Assembly (NCBI RefSeq): GCF_000400465.1
Contig: NW_008806280.1
Location: 144,001-268,000 of the forward strand
From: Wallemia ichthyophaga EXF-994
Taxonomy: Eukaryota; Fungi; Basidiomycota
DNA length: 124,000 nt
Reading direction: 5' to 3'
Both the position numbers and the translations under genes were made by a program. The stretch's first letter is position 1, and each line of letters starts with the position of its first letter. The notes under the pieces are model-generated. The model ran no database searches and was not told where the DNA came from. It saw only the letters and a program-made list of their open reading frames with translations. Of this stretch, positions 106,630 to 120,290 are shown piece by piece.

Positions 106630-107292
106630 TCAAAAATAATAATTAAAATCTCCCATGTATATTGTAATGGCTTTGAATTTACCAGACATCCAGTTTTCCT
106701 CTACTTCGACTGCGTCGTCCAGCTGGCTGATGTCTTGTAGCGTTGTGTTTCTCGGCAGAAACATACAGACATTCGGTGTGATTGCCTTGGCTCTGCGAAC
106801 GAGCTCCGCGCCGGTCACAGGCATTAGGCTATCCAGCGTGAAGGTATCCATGTAGTTTATCCCACCCCAGGGCGGCGAGTAGAAGATAACGTCAATATTG
106901 TAATCAAACTTGTACTCGTTAACCCAACTAATATAATCTTGCTGTATAAACTCTATCCTGTCTTCAACGCCGTAGATTCTCGCGTTATGCCTCGCCAATT
107001 CAATTTTAACCGGATCAATGTCTATAGCTATCACCCGCTCGCAGGTGAAGGCAAAGGAGATGGCATTACCGCCAACTCCGCAGAAAGCGTCAACGATCGT
107101 TCCGCATCGGCATCGTTCAGCCGTTTGCATCGCGATTAGCTCTGGTGTGACCGAGTACCACGACTCTTCATCGAGAATGATGCCCTGGTCATATTGGCTA
107201 AATAGCCTGTTCCTTTGGTAATAATATTTAAGCAGATGCTCGGGCACCTGCGACTTGTCCGTGTAAATAAGCTCTTTGTACTTGTCTTCCAT
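106630..107292 (-). CDS. TGS1: Trimethylguanosine synthase Tgs1
   Basis: WYSVTPE, DAFCGVGGN, SPPWGG. Confidence 0.94.
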   Translation of the reverse strand: MEDKYKELIYTDKSQVPEHLLKYYYQRNRLFSQYDQGIILDEESWYSVTPELIAMQTAERCRCGTIVDAFCGVGGNAISFAFTCERVIAIDIDPVKIELARHNARIYGVEDRIEFIQQDYISWVNEYKFDYNIDVIFYSPPWGGINYMDTFTLDSLMPVTGAELVRRAKAITPNVCMFLPRNTTLQDISQLDDAVEVEENWMSGKFKAITIYMGDFNYYF

Positions 107293-107298
107293 CGGGCG

Positions 107299-110200
107299 AT
107301 GAAGAGATCAAGAGATAGCGCGTTCAAATCACCGGCGATAAATATAAATTCAAATAAATTTGCAGATAACAGCCACCCGCTCCAGTTCTGGTCTGTCCAA
107401 TGGCGTAATCCTCAGTTCAAGAAACACAAGACGTGGGATGGTGATGGCACGCTGATTGTCAATAGCGGACAAATGATTCTCAAAGATACCAACAGCAGCG
107501 TCATTGGTAGATCTTTCGATAAGAAGAACAGCGTGTTTGAGCCAGGTGCCCACTTTGTTATCGCCGGCAAAGACGTCGAGCTCGATCAACTGCTTAAACA
107601 AGACGCGGCAAAAGAAAACTCACCAAGCAAGCCCAAAGGTATACCAGCTGCTTCTTTTTATACTTCCGCTCCTTCTGCCGCGAAGCCATACAAACCGCCA
107701 TCATTCAGTAAGCCTATGATACCGAGTAAACCTCTGGCAGCAACCAATATTGAGAGCTCCTCGACTTCTGAACCATCTTCACTCGAGCAAAGTGCTTTTC
107801 AGAAACACCCTCCACTCGTTTCTCAAAGCATTTCTCACTCTAATACGCATACCGCACATCCGCCAGCCCCCAAATACGATCCAAACGCCCCAGACGCATT
107901 CGTGATGCCTCAGCTTCCACAAAATATCTTAAATGAACTTAACTACAAGCAGCACCCAGTAGTTGATGTCGTTCTCGATCCACACATCTCATCGAAACTG
108001 CGTCCTCATCAACAGGAAGGTGTTAAGTTTATGTATGAAGCTGTTATGGGTATGCGAGGACATAAGGGCAAAGGTTGCATACTCGCTGATGAGATGGGTC
108101 TCGGTAAGACGCTTCAAGTAATCGCCTTGGTATGGACTCTGTTGAAGCAGAACCCAATCACAAACTCGGGACCCGTCATTGGTAAAGCTATGATAGTCTG
108201 TCCGGTGTCGCTTGTTAATAATTGGCGCAAGGAATTCAGCAAATGGATTGGTCAGTCAAAAATTGGTATCTTCCTTGGCGATAAGGATGTGTCCGAGATC
108301 AAAAAGTTTCAACAGTCGCGTATTCACCAGGTTCTGATTATAGGTTATGAGAAGCTAAGAACAGCAGTCGATGTGCTGAAGTTCTGTCAACCTCAGATAG
108401 GTCTTATCGTATGTGATGAAGGTAAGTGGAATGCAATCAAGAGAAGCATCCTAATAGTACTCTAAGGACATCGTCTAAAGGCGTCAAACAAGACATCACA
108501 AGTGTTTGAAGCGTTCCCTACGCGGCGACGCGTCATTCTGTCTGGTACTCCGATTCAGAATGATTTAGGAGAGTACTACTGTATGGTCAGTAAAAGTTCA
108601 ATACGTACCTGAGCAGACTGACATTCCAAGACTGATTTCTGTAACCCTGGCTTACTCGATAGCTACGCTTCATTTAAGAAGAAGTACGAAACGCCTATTA
108701 TGAGAAGTAGGGCTCCAAATTGTAACAGAAGTGATCTTGAGTTGGGAAGACAACGATCCGAAGCACTCTCAGCCCTCACGAACCAGTTTGTGTTGAGAAG
108801 AACAGCTGAAATACTTGACAACGTTCTACCAACCAAGTCAGAGGTGGGTAGACGTTACAAAGACGATTCAGGCTGACATAATGCTAGTTCGTTGTATGCA
108901 TTGCTCCGACAAAACTTCAATTAGCAATATATAAGCAGTTAGTGCAAGCATCAATCATTCAGAGCGTGTTGGAAAGACTGGGTGGTCAACACTTGAATTT
109001 AATAGGTGTATTGAGGAACTTGTGCAACTCTCCTGGAATTATATACAAGATGATTGAGAATAAACAATCTGAAAGCTACAAAGATTTCAAACTAGATAAT
109101 GTCAAAAACATGTTTCCAAGTAGCGTAAACGCGAATGATATCAATCTTAGTGGGAAGTTGAAAGCATTAGGGAGGTTATTGAAGACACTTAAGACTGAAA
109201 CAGAAGAGAAGATTATTGTTGTTTCAAGTTTTACAGCTACATTAGATGTTATAGAGGTGAGAGTCCCTTTTTTTGGGGGGCTTTATTGACTAAATGTTAT
109301 AGTCTCACTGTCGTCTATGTAAATACAAATTTTGCAGACTCGATGGCTCTACGCCGCAAGCCAAGCGTCAAGAAATAGTAGATGGTTTTAACCGTTCTCC
109401 ACAAGCAGGAAAATTTGTGTTCCTTTTATCAACGAAATCAGGCGGGGTGGGACTCAATCTCATTGGCGCATCACGACTCGTTCTATTTGAGAGTGATTGG
109501 AACCCATCTAACGATTTGCAAGCCATGGCTAGGATTCACAGAGATGGTCAGACGAAACCTGTGTTTATATACCGCTTTCTGACAACGGGAACGATTGATG
109601 AGAAGATATTCCAGAGGCAGTTGACCAAAATCGGACTGTCTAACTCTTTGATGGGGAATACTGTTGAGAAAAAGAACGATACGGATTCTTTCACGGTAGA
109701 AGAACTTCGAGCGTTGTTCAGGATCGATGATGACACAGCTTGCGGGACACACGATTTGCTCGACTGCACTTGTAATCATGGTAGGGTACTTACAGAAGCT
109801 GAGAAAGGTGCTGAGGATGCACAACAAGACGATGAAGAAGAGCCGCAAGGGTTTATCAGCGCCAGTCAACACCAACCCGGAACATCATTAAAGTCAAAGA
109901 GAGACAAACAGGCCAAGATTGCGGCATTGGATGGATGGGATCACGTGGATTGTCTACAGGAGAATCATATGGGGAATTTGGCTGATGATGTGTTGAGAAA
110001 GCTTACAATACACGCTGAGTCACCATTAGTTGCCCAACACAAAGATGATTTCGTTGAAGATACCACAGCTAAGACATCAGACCATCAATTCGAATCATTG
110101 AATGACTATTGCCCGGCCAGTGACGAAGAAGAAGAGCCTGAAGAGGAAAGAAAGGAAGGGGATGTGGAAATCATCGAGCCAGAGCGTAAAGTACAGAAAA

Positions 110201-110307
110201 TAGAGCAACAGGAAGATCCATTCGACATGAACGGATTTCTGCAGGATCAAAATAATGAAGGCAGATTAACATTTGTATTCAAGAAAGTGTCTGGAAGTGT
110301 TGTATAA
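107299..110307 (+). CDS. RDH54: Rdh54/RAD54B SNF2 translocase
   Basis: [54 protein letters not shown]. Confidence 0.92.
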
Positions 110308-110337
110308 TAGTACAAATTGCATTACAATAATAATTGC

Positions 110338-111339
110338 TTAGGTGGCATCTACAATTATTAGTGGGAGGAAGGGTTAGAAAAACGACTTACATCGGTTCCA
110401 AGTGCCCTGGGTCATCCACTCAGAGTCTGTCCGTCTGCCTGACTTTGGAATATCCTTAGGACCAACTTAGAAAATGTCAGTGAAAATGTATGGTGCGACA
110501 GTCGAATCTCACAGATAGACTTGACGGCGTCGCTTTGGTTTGCATTCTTAGACGTGTTGGACAGCGCATCCGATACTGCCTTTCTAGCGCCTTTTACAAC
110601 ATCAGAGACAGGTGGATCATCGATATTGTCAGCCTTCTTGGCCTTAGGTGTATGTTCAGGCTGATCGGCGGCAGCCTTGCGCTTCTTGCTCTTCTTGCTG
110701 TCAGCCTGCTTCAACCTTGTGGCGTAGAGTTGCTCTTTCATGGCTTCTTCTTCTTCGGGGGGAGGATTAAGCGTGATAAGCTCATCGACATGGTACTCAA
110801 TGCCAGATTCAGGGCACTGACCCGTCTTTGAGCCCTTGTTCATCGACTTCAAACCGCTATCAGAGGCAACAATGCCAGTTTTGGGGAGGTAGACGAATCT
110901 TTGCTTTCCATTCATTTCCTTGAGCGTGATTGGACAAATGAAAGGGGCGTTACTTAGCATAGAATCGCTGTCACGACTGAGGACTTGGTTGAATGAAGGA
111001 TTTGAAGTAAGTTTGAGTTGTTGGACATCTTTTAGAGAGCGTATATGACCACAGATCTTCTGTCCATCGCCGTAGACTGATTTATCGAGGAGAAACTCGA
111101 CAATGGCTTCCTTATTGTAAAGCTTGCCAAGTTGACAGGAAACGACTGGCTGTTTAAGGAGTTTCTTAGACAGAGCACAATAAAACCAGGCTGCTATCCT
111201 AGATATCTCATCGTTCTTCACTTCCGGTTTCTTCTTAGTCTTGACCAATTCTGATCGATAGACAAATGAGCCTCCATCGGCACCCTATCGAGGGCAATTA
111301 AAATTGAGTACAATCAATACTAAAATCCTAGCGTACCAT
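110338..111339 (-). CDS. RTF2: Replication termination factor Rtf2
   Basis: M|GADGGS, WFYCALSK, LGKLYNKEA, FICPITLKEMNG. Confidence 0.9.
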
Positions 111340-111404
111340 TTTTATATTTCTTTATTTGTTGATGGTGGCTACTGTGAAAGGAAACCCCTTTATCACGGCC
111401 AGCC

Positions 111405-112421
111405 ATGTCAACCGCGCACAGGTGATTATAAAGAAAAGCACTGAGCCGAGCAACTCTTACATTCCACCGCGCAGACCAACATGGGACCCAGCAGTCGGAC
111501 GAGCAGACACCAAAGCGTACTCGAAGCAGTACTCTGCCAGGGATGCACCAGCGCAGACGAAACTCAAGTTCCGGTGGGTGTGCGAGGTGTATATTACAGC
111601 GTAGGGCATTGTAGTTTACACCACTCTAGTAAGCCCGGTCAGGGAGGTATCGGCGACCAAGATAAGCGCAGAGACTTGCGCCTCGAATTGAACAAGGCAG
111701 AGGAGGAAGCTAATGAAAAGAAACGTAAAGCGCAAGGTTTGTCGTTGGAAGATATTGGCCAGGGTACGGATGACAGCCAGCAGAAAATACCGAAACTTAT
111801 AGACAATCCCGGTGAGGGAGACGCGCATGCTGAGCCATCGACTAGAACACACGAGTCGCAGGCAAGTGAAGACAAGCCTCAGACTTTAGATAAGGATGAA
111901 GAAGCTGATGACGACGAGAGGTGGGTTGCTCACCTTAGCGTTCTATACCGCCTAACATAGCCAAGTGATGACGACTCAGAGGATGATGAGGCTGAGTTGC
112001 TGCGGGAGCTCGACAAAATCAAGCGCGAAAGAGCTGAAGAAAAAGCCAGAAAGGTGAGAAAGTGTTGCTGTTTGTGGTCATCAACTTTCTAACAATTACA
112101 CCACCTAGGACGAGGAGCAAAACAGCGCTAAAGCTGCATCTAGAGAAGAGGAAGTGGCTAGCGGAAATCCTCTACTTAACCTACAGAACGCGTTGGGCGC
112201 TTCTCCATCTTCTACACAGGATACAGGGTTTACTGTGAAACGCAGATGGGATGACGATCTTATCTTCAAGAATCAGGCACTGAATACTTCCGACAAACCA
112301 AAGAAGGAATTCGTTAATGACTTATTGAGGACAGACTGTGAGTATCGCGTGTTTAGTATCCTAACAAAGCTAAAAATATATCCTAGTCCATCGCAAATTC
112401 ATGTACAGATTTATTAAGTGA
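111405..112421 (+). CDS. CWC15: Spliceosome factor Cwc15
   Basis: MSTAHRPTW, TKLKFR, VKRRWDDDLIFKNQ, NDLLRT..HRKFM. Confidence 0.94.
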
Positions 112422-112639
112422 TTTACATACATTCATAATTAATCTATGTTTGTCGGACACTTGTCAAGCTTGAAGCCAACTGTGGTGGATAAATCAAGCC
112501 AGAGAAATCAAGTTCCTGTTTGGTATACGAGCCAAGTAGAAGAAAAACATGTTGAGCATAGCTTAAAGCTGACATGAATCCATCAAACGCTTGAGCTCGA
112601 CATTTTTGCACATACTCAAAAAAGTAATATAAATATCAT

Positions 112640-114073
112640 TCATTCAAAATCTTCAACTAAAGGGTGATTAGAATTGCTAGATAGTTGAGGGACTACTTAC
112701 AACCACACATAAATGCCTTGTGAATACTAGTATCATCCAGGTCAGCGTACAAACTTAGAAATGGACACAGTCTCACCTCATAACCTTGGCGATAAAGGCC
112801 TCAAGATGGAAAATCTGCTTAGAGCCTTTCCTCATTCGATGCTCCTGAGGTGGATAAGATTAAGTCGTGTTTGTTAAATTCTACTCACATAAAATGCTGC
112901 CCAATAGATAAGGTCTGCACGAATGGAATCGTCGACCATTGTAAGAATGACGTCAAGAAGTGTCTGAAGTAGTTGTTAGGAGATTATCAACTCCGGCAAA
113001 GGAAATTCACTTTGAGAATGAGAGTAGGTGGTATGCAATGTGTGATGAGCTCATAAATTTTTCCTCTTACTTTGAGCAAACCGTCTGGAGAAGGATCGCT
113101 TGTAATTTCCTTAGCGACTTGGATGGTATAAGATTGCCAATCAGGCTTGGCAATTTGAACATTTGAATCAAACGACGGAGATTGCATTCTCATTGCTTCA
113201 AGAACCAGCAAAGCTTTGCGAAGATTACCTGTTGATTCTTTGCCGATCTGTTTGGCGACATCCTCAGGCAGCTGGAACTTCTCTTTTTTAGCTACTTGGG
113301 TCAATACGGTTGACATCTGCAAATTTCATTGAGTATGCTTTGTTACTGAATAAATAACTCACCTGTGGAGGTAAGGGAGCGGGGATTCTAACCAACAAGC
113401 ATCGAGATCGAATTGGAGCTATAATCTTGCTCGTTGTTTGAGCACAGAGAATGATACGAAGGTTAGACATGTACTTCTCCATAGTTCTTCTCAAAGCAGC
113501 TTGAGCATCTCTAGAAAGCTGATCAGCTTCGTTAATGATAACGACTAGGCAATCTGTGAGCTAAAACTAGATTTTTTTAGGTAACCAGCTAACCTTTGAA
113601 TCTTTGTTTCGCATTAGCGTCAACTTGCTGTGTTTGGGCAATTTCTTTGAGGATATCCTGTATAATCAGTCTATCATACTGACCAACGTCGGAAGGTGTA
113701 ATTTCAATGTGATAGTTGCTTTGGACGATGTTCACGTCGAGCTTTCTGTTTGAAGGCGTGAGGAAGACGCGCTGATCGATTTTGAGCTTCTCAACACCTG
113801 GACCAAACAGCTCTCTTAAAGTGGCCATAATGCGTGTCTTTCTACCTGCGCCGGTGGGTCCATAGAAAAGCGTGTGGGGAAAATCGCCGGAGCCAGCCAG
113901 GGATCTGATTCTATTTGTAATATCATGATGATAGTCGAGTTCATCAAGCGACTTTGGCCTATACTGAGCAGAATGAGATAAACCAGGCTAATAAACAAGA
114001 ACTATACTTTATCTACGTATAGAGACTGTAAATATTATTAATTTTATATTTTATATTCCATTTTACTTACCAT
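112640..114073 (-). CDS. RFC5: Replication factor C subunit 5 (human RFC3)
   Basis: SLYVDKYRPKSLDEL, GPTGAGRKT, RRTMEKY, IRSRCL. Confidence 0.94.
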
Positions 114074-114115
114074 TGAGGAGATGACCGTTGCTGTTTACGC
114101 GCTTACGCCCAAGAT

Positions 114116-117100
114116 ATGGCTCATGCACTGGATGAGTTTTCGTATAAGCAATTCATACCTGAGTACGAAATTGGGAATTTAAAGCTCAAAGTGAACCACA
114201 AGTCCAATAGACCGCTTATTCCGATGGTACGTGCGTTTCTCCTGTCCTCCGCTGCTTACCGGTGTGCAGATGTCTAAACTCCGGAGATCTTCTGCGAAAT
114301 CGGGAGCAATGGGAGTGGGATGGAAGCAGATATCTCTAAAGCTCGATTCCATTGGTGGTCTATTTATTCTCGCTGAGGTGAGTGTCAATAGCTCATGGTT
114401 GAGCCTTTAAACTTAAATTCAAAAGGAGGGAACTCCGATTCACTATATTGGCCTTAGTAGCCTGAAAATGACTGATATACGACCTGTCGATTATTCCGTA
114501 TTCACAGTTCCCAACTTAATCGTCATACACACTCATTCTCTCTCTCCAACGCTCCTGATTGGGCAGAATTCTTCCAATCACTCTAACTCTAGCAACTCTA
114601 CATTCGGCCTTCTCAATAACCTCAGGCCCATATCGCCCAAATCCACTCAGCGATCGAGCCCCTCTCCAAACCATCCTCCAAGCCCAAATCCAGACGATCC
114701 ACTTTTTATCGCCTTCCCCACTCGACGGCATATGATAGCTTGGTTGACTCTATTGCGATCATGCACCAAAGCTGACGTTTATCATGCCGGTAAAGACCCT
114801 CACAAAGGTTACTTTCGAATGTCAAGACAAATGTCTCTCTCAATTGTGGAGCTGCGATCCCCGCAGAAAGATGTTCAATCTAACCTTAATGATTATGTCG
114901 AGGACAGCCCGAGTGTTAATGGTAACTCATCCAAAATTAACTCTCTCAATTCGCTGTCTTCATCAAGCTCAGCTGGGCTTACTCCGCCATTACAGCGAAG
115001 AACATCTACCCAATTCACTGAACCTTACAACGATACCTACGAGTGGCACTGTGAGATTTGGGATCCCACAGGACTAGCTTTTAGATCCTCTGCCAAGGTC
115101 GCTTACCATCCATTTTGGAAAGAAGATTGTCTTCTGGTTGATCTACCGAATCTCAACTCTATAACGGTCAAGATATTCAGATCAGTTTCATCATATGCTT
115201 TATCAAAAGGACATTTCACATTGTTTGGTACAGTATTCATACCTCTAAAGGCATATCCAAGATTATCAGAGGTAGACAAATGGTTCAACGTGATTGGCAT
115301 AAACGAAAACACTCTCGAAACTTCTGTCAGGGGAGAATTGAGACTGAAATTGAGGGTTGATGAGGATGTAATCCTGCCCAAAAGCCGTTATGATGAATTG
115401 TTTAGCGTGAGTATAGGTGATTTGTGATTAGTATTATCTCACACCGTCAATTTAGATTATGCAAGGTCAACATAGAGTGAGAGTCATACATGACATCTCT
115501 TCAATATACCCATCTTTGGTGAGTGTATGTGTATATCAATCATCTAGACCAACTGAAACCTTTGCTAGGAACAACTTTCTGATACACTAATCAAAATATA
115601 CTCAATAGATTGCAATTTAATGGTATCTGTAATGAATGATCTTGCTTACAAAGAAATATGGTCATCAAGAGCTGGTAGGTCTGACTCAAAATTCTAATCC
115701 TGGCTAACAACTAGTAGATGAGAATACAATATTTCGGCCAAATACAATATTAACTAAATTAATGGATCGCTATATGAACTTCATGAGTAGACTGACTGGA
115801 TGGTTGGAGGATAGTCTGGGACACCCTATCCGCGAAATGATAGACAAGAAGGTAGAATGTGAATTAGATACAGATAGAAAAGGTGGACCAGCAGACAAAG
115901 ATGAATTGCTTCACTGGGCTGATGTAATTCTCAATAGCATCATAGAATCAAGAGTTGGATGTCCAATTGAGCTTCGAAAGATATTTCATAACATAAGGAA
116001 ACAATGTCATGCAAGATGGAACAAGGCTCAATTAGTAAACTCATTTATCTTTTTAAGACTTTTCGTACCTGCGATTATCAACCCAAATTTATTTGGTTTG
116101 ACCAATGTGTCACCATCACCTGGAGTTTCGCGTACATTAACACTGATTGCGAAAATAATTCAAGCTCTTGCTAATAATAAAGAGGAGATGGGAGATAAGG
116201 AGCACTTTATGGGAGTCGTTTCACCATTTTTACAAGATCATAATAGGAGGTTTGCATTTATTGATTACGTTGCATATGTTGGTAATGAGGATTCAGCTGC
116301 TTCTTACAAGACGAGTGAAGAAATATCAATAAACGAGTTGGCGACTTCTGTTGAGAAAACATCGGATAGGAGATTCAATGATTGCAGTCATGATATATAT
116401 AGGCAGTCTCTACCAAGTTCATACACAGGGATTGATAACTCGAGAGAGTTGGCGTCGTTCACCAACGATCTCAACAAGATATATAACAAAGTGCAGCTAA
116501 ATGAATTGCAAAATAGGGATCATTATTTTAGGAGAAAGTCATTAAATTACGCCACGCTTGAATTGTTTGAAGCAAGTATGGATATACAAGAAGATGCCAG
116601 ACAGATGTGGGAGTCTCGGCAAAGACATAGGAGAAAGGCCAATTCGGCATATGAGTCGTCGAAACCCAACAGAAGCGAATGGTTAAGTGATCAGCAAGAC
116701 TTACGCAGTAGTAGAAAAGTAAGCGTGTCCAGTTCTAGCGCTAGCTTAGAACCGCAAATGAAGCAATCATCGTCGCAGCGCCGTAGAGGATTTACAATCA
116801 CAGGATTGAGTAATGGCAGCAATAATTGGATTCATGATAGTAAACGTAAGAATATTGGCAGTGATAATAAGACAAGTAACAGCAAAAGTAGCGCGACTAA
116901 TAAGAACAATAGTACGGGTAATAATAATACAAGTAATAGTAACACAAGTAATAATAAGAGCAATGGCGCTCATGCTAAGAACAAAGTTGGTAATCGTAAT
117001 CAAAACAGGGACAAGAAGGATTACGTCAATAATGATCCATCGAGATATATGGACCTAGGTAGGGGATTTAATGACTATCAATTCATGCAATACGACAAGG

Positions 117101-117483
117101 AGAAGAGGGAGAAGAAGGGGAAAAAGGAGATGGAGGTGGAGAAGAAGGAGATGGCAAAGAAGGAAGAAAAGGCAAGCCCGCCTAATACACCGGAGTCGAT
117201 GAAGAATTTGAAAATAACACTGGAGAAGTACAGACTTACCCAGGAGGCGGTGGATGATGCACCGTTACCGAAATATCCGTTACCTGTGAGTGACAGTGTG
117301 AGTAGCAATGTGAGCAGCAACGTAAACAGTCACAGCTACGATAACAACGATCGTTCAAAGTCAAGGGCGAGTGTTCGAAACTCAGCGACAAAAGGAGAAG
117401 AGGAGCACAGCAAGGATGACATAAACATTGACAATAAAAAGAAGACAGTCTTCTTCAAATGGACCAAAGGAATAATTGATTAG
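114116..117483 (+). CDS. C2-domain Ras/Rap GTPase-activating protein (Bud2/Cla2-like)
   Basis: PH-like region, C2 (PFWKED), RasGAP FLRLFVPAIINPNLFGL, TLTLIAKIIQALAN. Confidence 0.85.
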
Positions 117484-117569
117484 GTATAGAGGATATTGAA
117501 CACTTTTTAATCAGCACAGCTTAATAATAAATTTAAGAATGAAAGTATATTTTGTATTATATTAATGTT

Positions 117570-118144
117570 CTACGCATTTAATTCTTCTCTAGTTGGAATG
117601 CCTGTGGGTGATGATAAGTGATGAGATGTGAGCAGTTTCATTAGTAAGTAGACACACCAAGTTCTTCTCTGAGTGGCTTGAGAGCATCAAGGTATTGCTC
117701 ATATTGGCCTTGATTTTCGACCTTCTCCTTTATGCCTTCCTGTATAGTAAAGAATCAGCCAATCAGGTTGTCGGAAAAGAGAAAATGAAAAAACGGACAA
117801 AGATTCTGACAGCAGTGCTAAAGTCGTTAACACGTCTAGAAGCTCTGATTGCAGATTCGCATATTTCAGGAGCAGGTACTAAATCGTAAGCGAAACAGTT
117901 GTTCAATCCTCTTTGCAATTCGAAAAGGTCTTCAACTTGATCGAAGAATGCGGTGTATCTCTTTGTGAAGTCTTCAAAGCTTTCCTCTTCATGTCCAGCG
118001 CTATATTGACGAACTAGGTGTAGAGTCAGCGCTTTGTGGTAAGTGTGCACACGAATAAACACCTTGGGTGATTGGAATTGAAGGCGTTAAGCTAACTCTC
118101 GATAAAGCTCTCGCATTTACTGCTGTTCTAAGTACACCGAACAT
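117570..118144 (-). CDS. COX6: Cytochrome c oxidase subunit Va / yeast Cox6
   Basis: FELQRGLNNCFAYDLVP, RASRRVNDF.TAVRIF. Confidence 0.93.
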
Positions 118145-118224
118145 TTTTTTAAACAGTTGGTTGGATACAAGAGAGAGAGGTGGGCGTCTTTCGAACGATT
118201 GAGCGATTGAGTGGTTAGATTAGT

Positions 118225-118618
118225 ATGATTGAATGCGTTGTAACTAAAGCTGGTAAAATGAGTAACTACATTCAAGTCATTTTGGGTGGTTTGGAGGTGT
118301 GTTCGTTGGTGTATATTCACACTGACTCACACCCGTACAAAGAAGAAGGAAGTTGTAAAAGTAACAGCTTTGAAAGAAGGTGTAAACCTCGATACATCTA
118401 GTGCACTCGCAGCGAAAGTCATCAGCGTGGTCGAAGTCGCCAAGAGGCAGTCATCGGACGTTTATCAGTATACACGCCTAGTTGAGCATCAAGAGGTTAG
118501 GTTGAACTTGTCAGCAAGTGATATTATAAATGGGAAGAGGTTGGTTGGTTGATTTGGTGTACTTGTACCACTTCTAACCTCAATACAGCCAGACATCGAT
118601 ACCACCACCGACAATTGA
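118225..118618 (+). CDS. Small Alba-like protein (Rpp25/Pop6-like)
   Basis: VTKAGKMSNYIQ..., LAAKVISVVEVAKR; three exons inferred. Confidence 0.5.
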
Positions 118619-118731
118619 AGTCATTCTAAGCAAGCAAGCGTTAGATATCGATAGTGATTATGTGTTAGTGGCTTACTTAGCGTGAAACACTTGACATTAA
118701 CACCACACACAGACTTCAAAAAGACTAAGAT

Positions 118732-119882
118732 CTATAACAGCAAGTTATTTACAGCTTTCTCATCATTCAAGTTTTCATCAAAATCGTAAGGTAGAAGCGA
118801 TGCAACTGTTGTCGTGTCAGCATGTTTAGCAGATATCACTTAACACAACACTTACAAGTCAAGTACGACGTGTGACCTCTTGTATCCATGAAAGGACGAC
118901 TGAGCAGTGTGCTTCTGTCATCGATATTACTACTGGTTTCGTCTAGTTTGCGTTTGCTCGTTTGTTCGCTTTCAACACTGATATTGACGGGCTGGTTGAG
119001 AGATTCATCGCCAGCCTCACCGCCAGCCTCATTAAGTTTCAATTCAAGCTTTTTCTGGGCTGCAGCAATCTGTTGCTGCCTTCTAAACTCCTTTTTCTTT
119101 AGTATGGCTTTCAACTTATTCGTGACGTCGTTTATATTTGGAAGATGAGTGTAAGAGGTGTCGTAATTTCTAGAGAGAACTTCAAACATGGTAACGTTGG
119201 TAAAGCCATTCGAGTTGAGAGTGGTTGTAGTTTTAAGTACCTGTTCAATACACGGACTGAAGCAGCAAATTCTGCTAATTTTGTCATTACGGAGGGATTT
119301 CTTTGCATGCGGGATAGCTAGCCAAGGCATGGGTAGGTCTAGAAAGATGGAGTCTATAGAGTTGTTAAGGTGTGAAGGGAAGCCGTCTTTGCAGCTATCT
119401 CTGTGATAGACGTTGATGATATCAGATAAACCGTGTTGATTGAACTCTGATTGAGCCTTCTGGCATCTAGATTGATGATATTCGAAGGAGTGGAGCTGGC
119501 CACGGGTACCAATAGATCTAGCAACTGAATGACTGAAACTACCTGAACCAGTACCTGATTCGATGACTTTTGAACCCGGTTTAATGTTTAAAGTGAGAAG
119601 AATGAAGCTAATATCCGTGTTGTATAGGATCTGAGTTCTATGAGGGAGAGCTAGAGTCCATAACTCCGGAGAAGGCTTGAGTAAGTGAATAAAGCCTCTG
119701 TTGTTATTTGAACTAAGTTTATCACCAAAGCATCTACCAATGATATCTTTATGCTTAAAATTACCAAATTTATTTTGAAATATTTTATCCTCCTCAACTC
119801 GAATAAGTGATAATTGATCTCTAGTTAACCAAATGATAACCAAATCATTCTCTTTAATTACCGATTCCTTATTATTTATCAT
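118732..119882 (-). CDS. TRM61: tRNA m1A58 methyltransferase catalytic subunit
   Basis: LWTLALPHRTQILY, ESGTGSGS, FLDLP, FSPCIEQV, HTSYLTFA. Confidence 0.95.
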
Positions 119883-120221
119883 TGAATTGCTCTGGTGTTA
119901 ATGTTTTTTGTGTAAATGCGTGCAATTTGCTTATCTCCTCTTTAAGTATATCGTTGACTGGTGAGGGGTTATTAGTTTGGTGATCTAGATAAAATTTTCC
120001 GAACCAACCCAATCGATGTCTCTTTAGAGTTATTAGACCATTAAATATTTTACTAACGATTACGACTTCAAAGCTCTGTCCACAACCACCGCTAACATCT
120101 TTAACGGACTATGTGATTTGACTTAGACTGCTCATCCAATCAAATCACTCCAAATACCCACAACATGCTCAACCTCTGGTACTTTGATTTCTATTTGCTG
120201 TTTAAATTTTTCCTGATCCAT
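119872..120221 (-). CDS. BOL2: BolA2/Fra2-type BolA protein (absent from ORF track)
   Basis: Three exons give MDQEKFKQQIEIKVPEVEHVVSVKDVSGGCGQSFEVVIVSKIFNGLITLKRHRLVNDILKEEISKLHAFTQKTLTPEQFNDK. Confidence 0.88.
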
Positions 120222-120290
120222 TTCCAATTCCAGTGGCTATTCAAGCGAGCTGTTGCGTTCGAATATTAGAATTATAAATTACAAATTAAA

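Noticed and set aside
112445-112640. 57-codon open frame downstream of RFC5
   Set aside because: No start codon after the upstream stop and no splice support; probably 3' UTR
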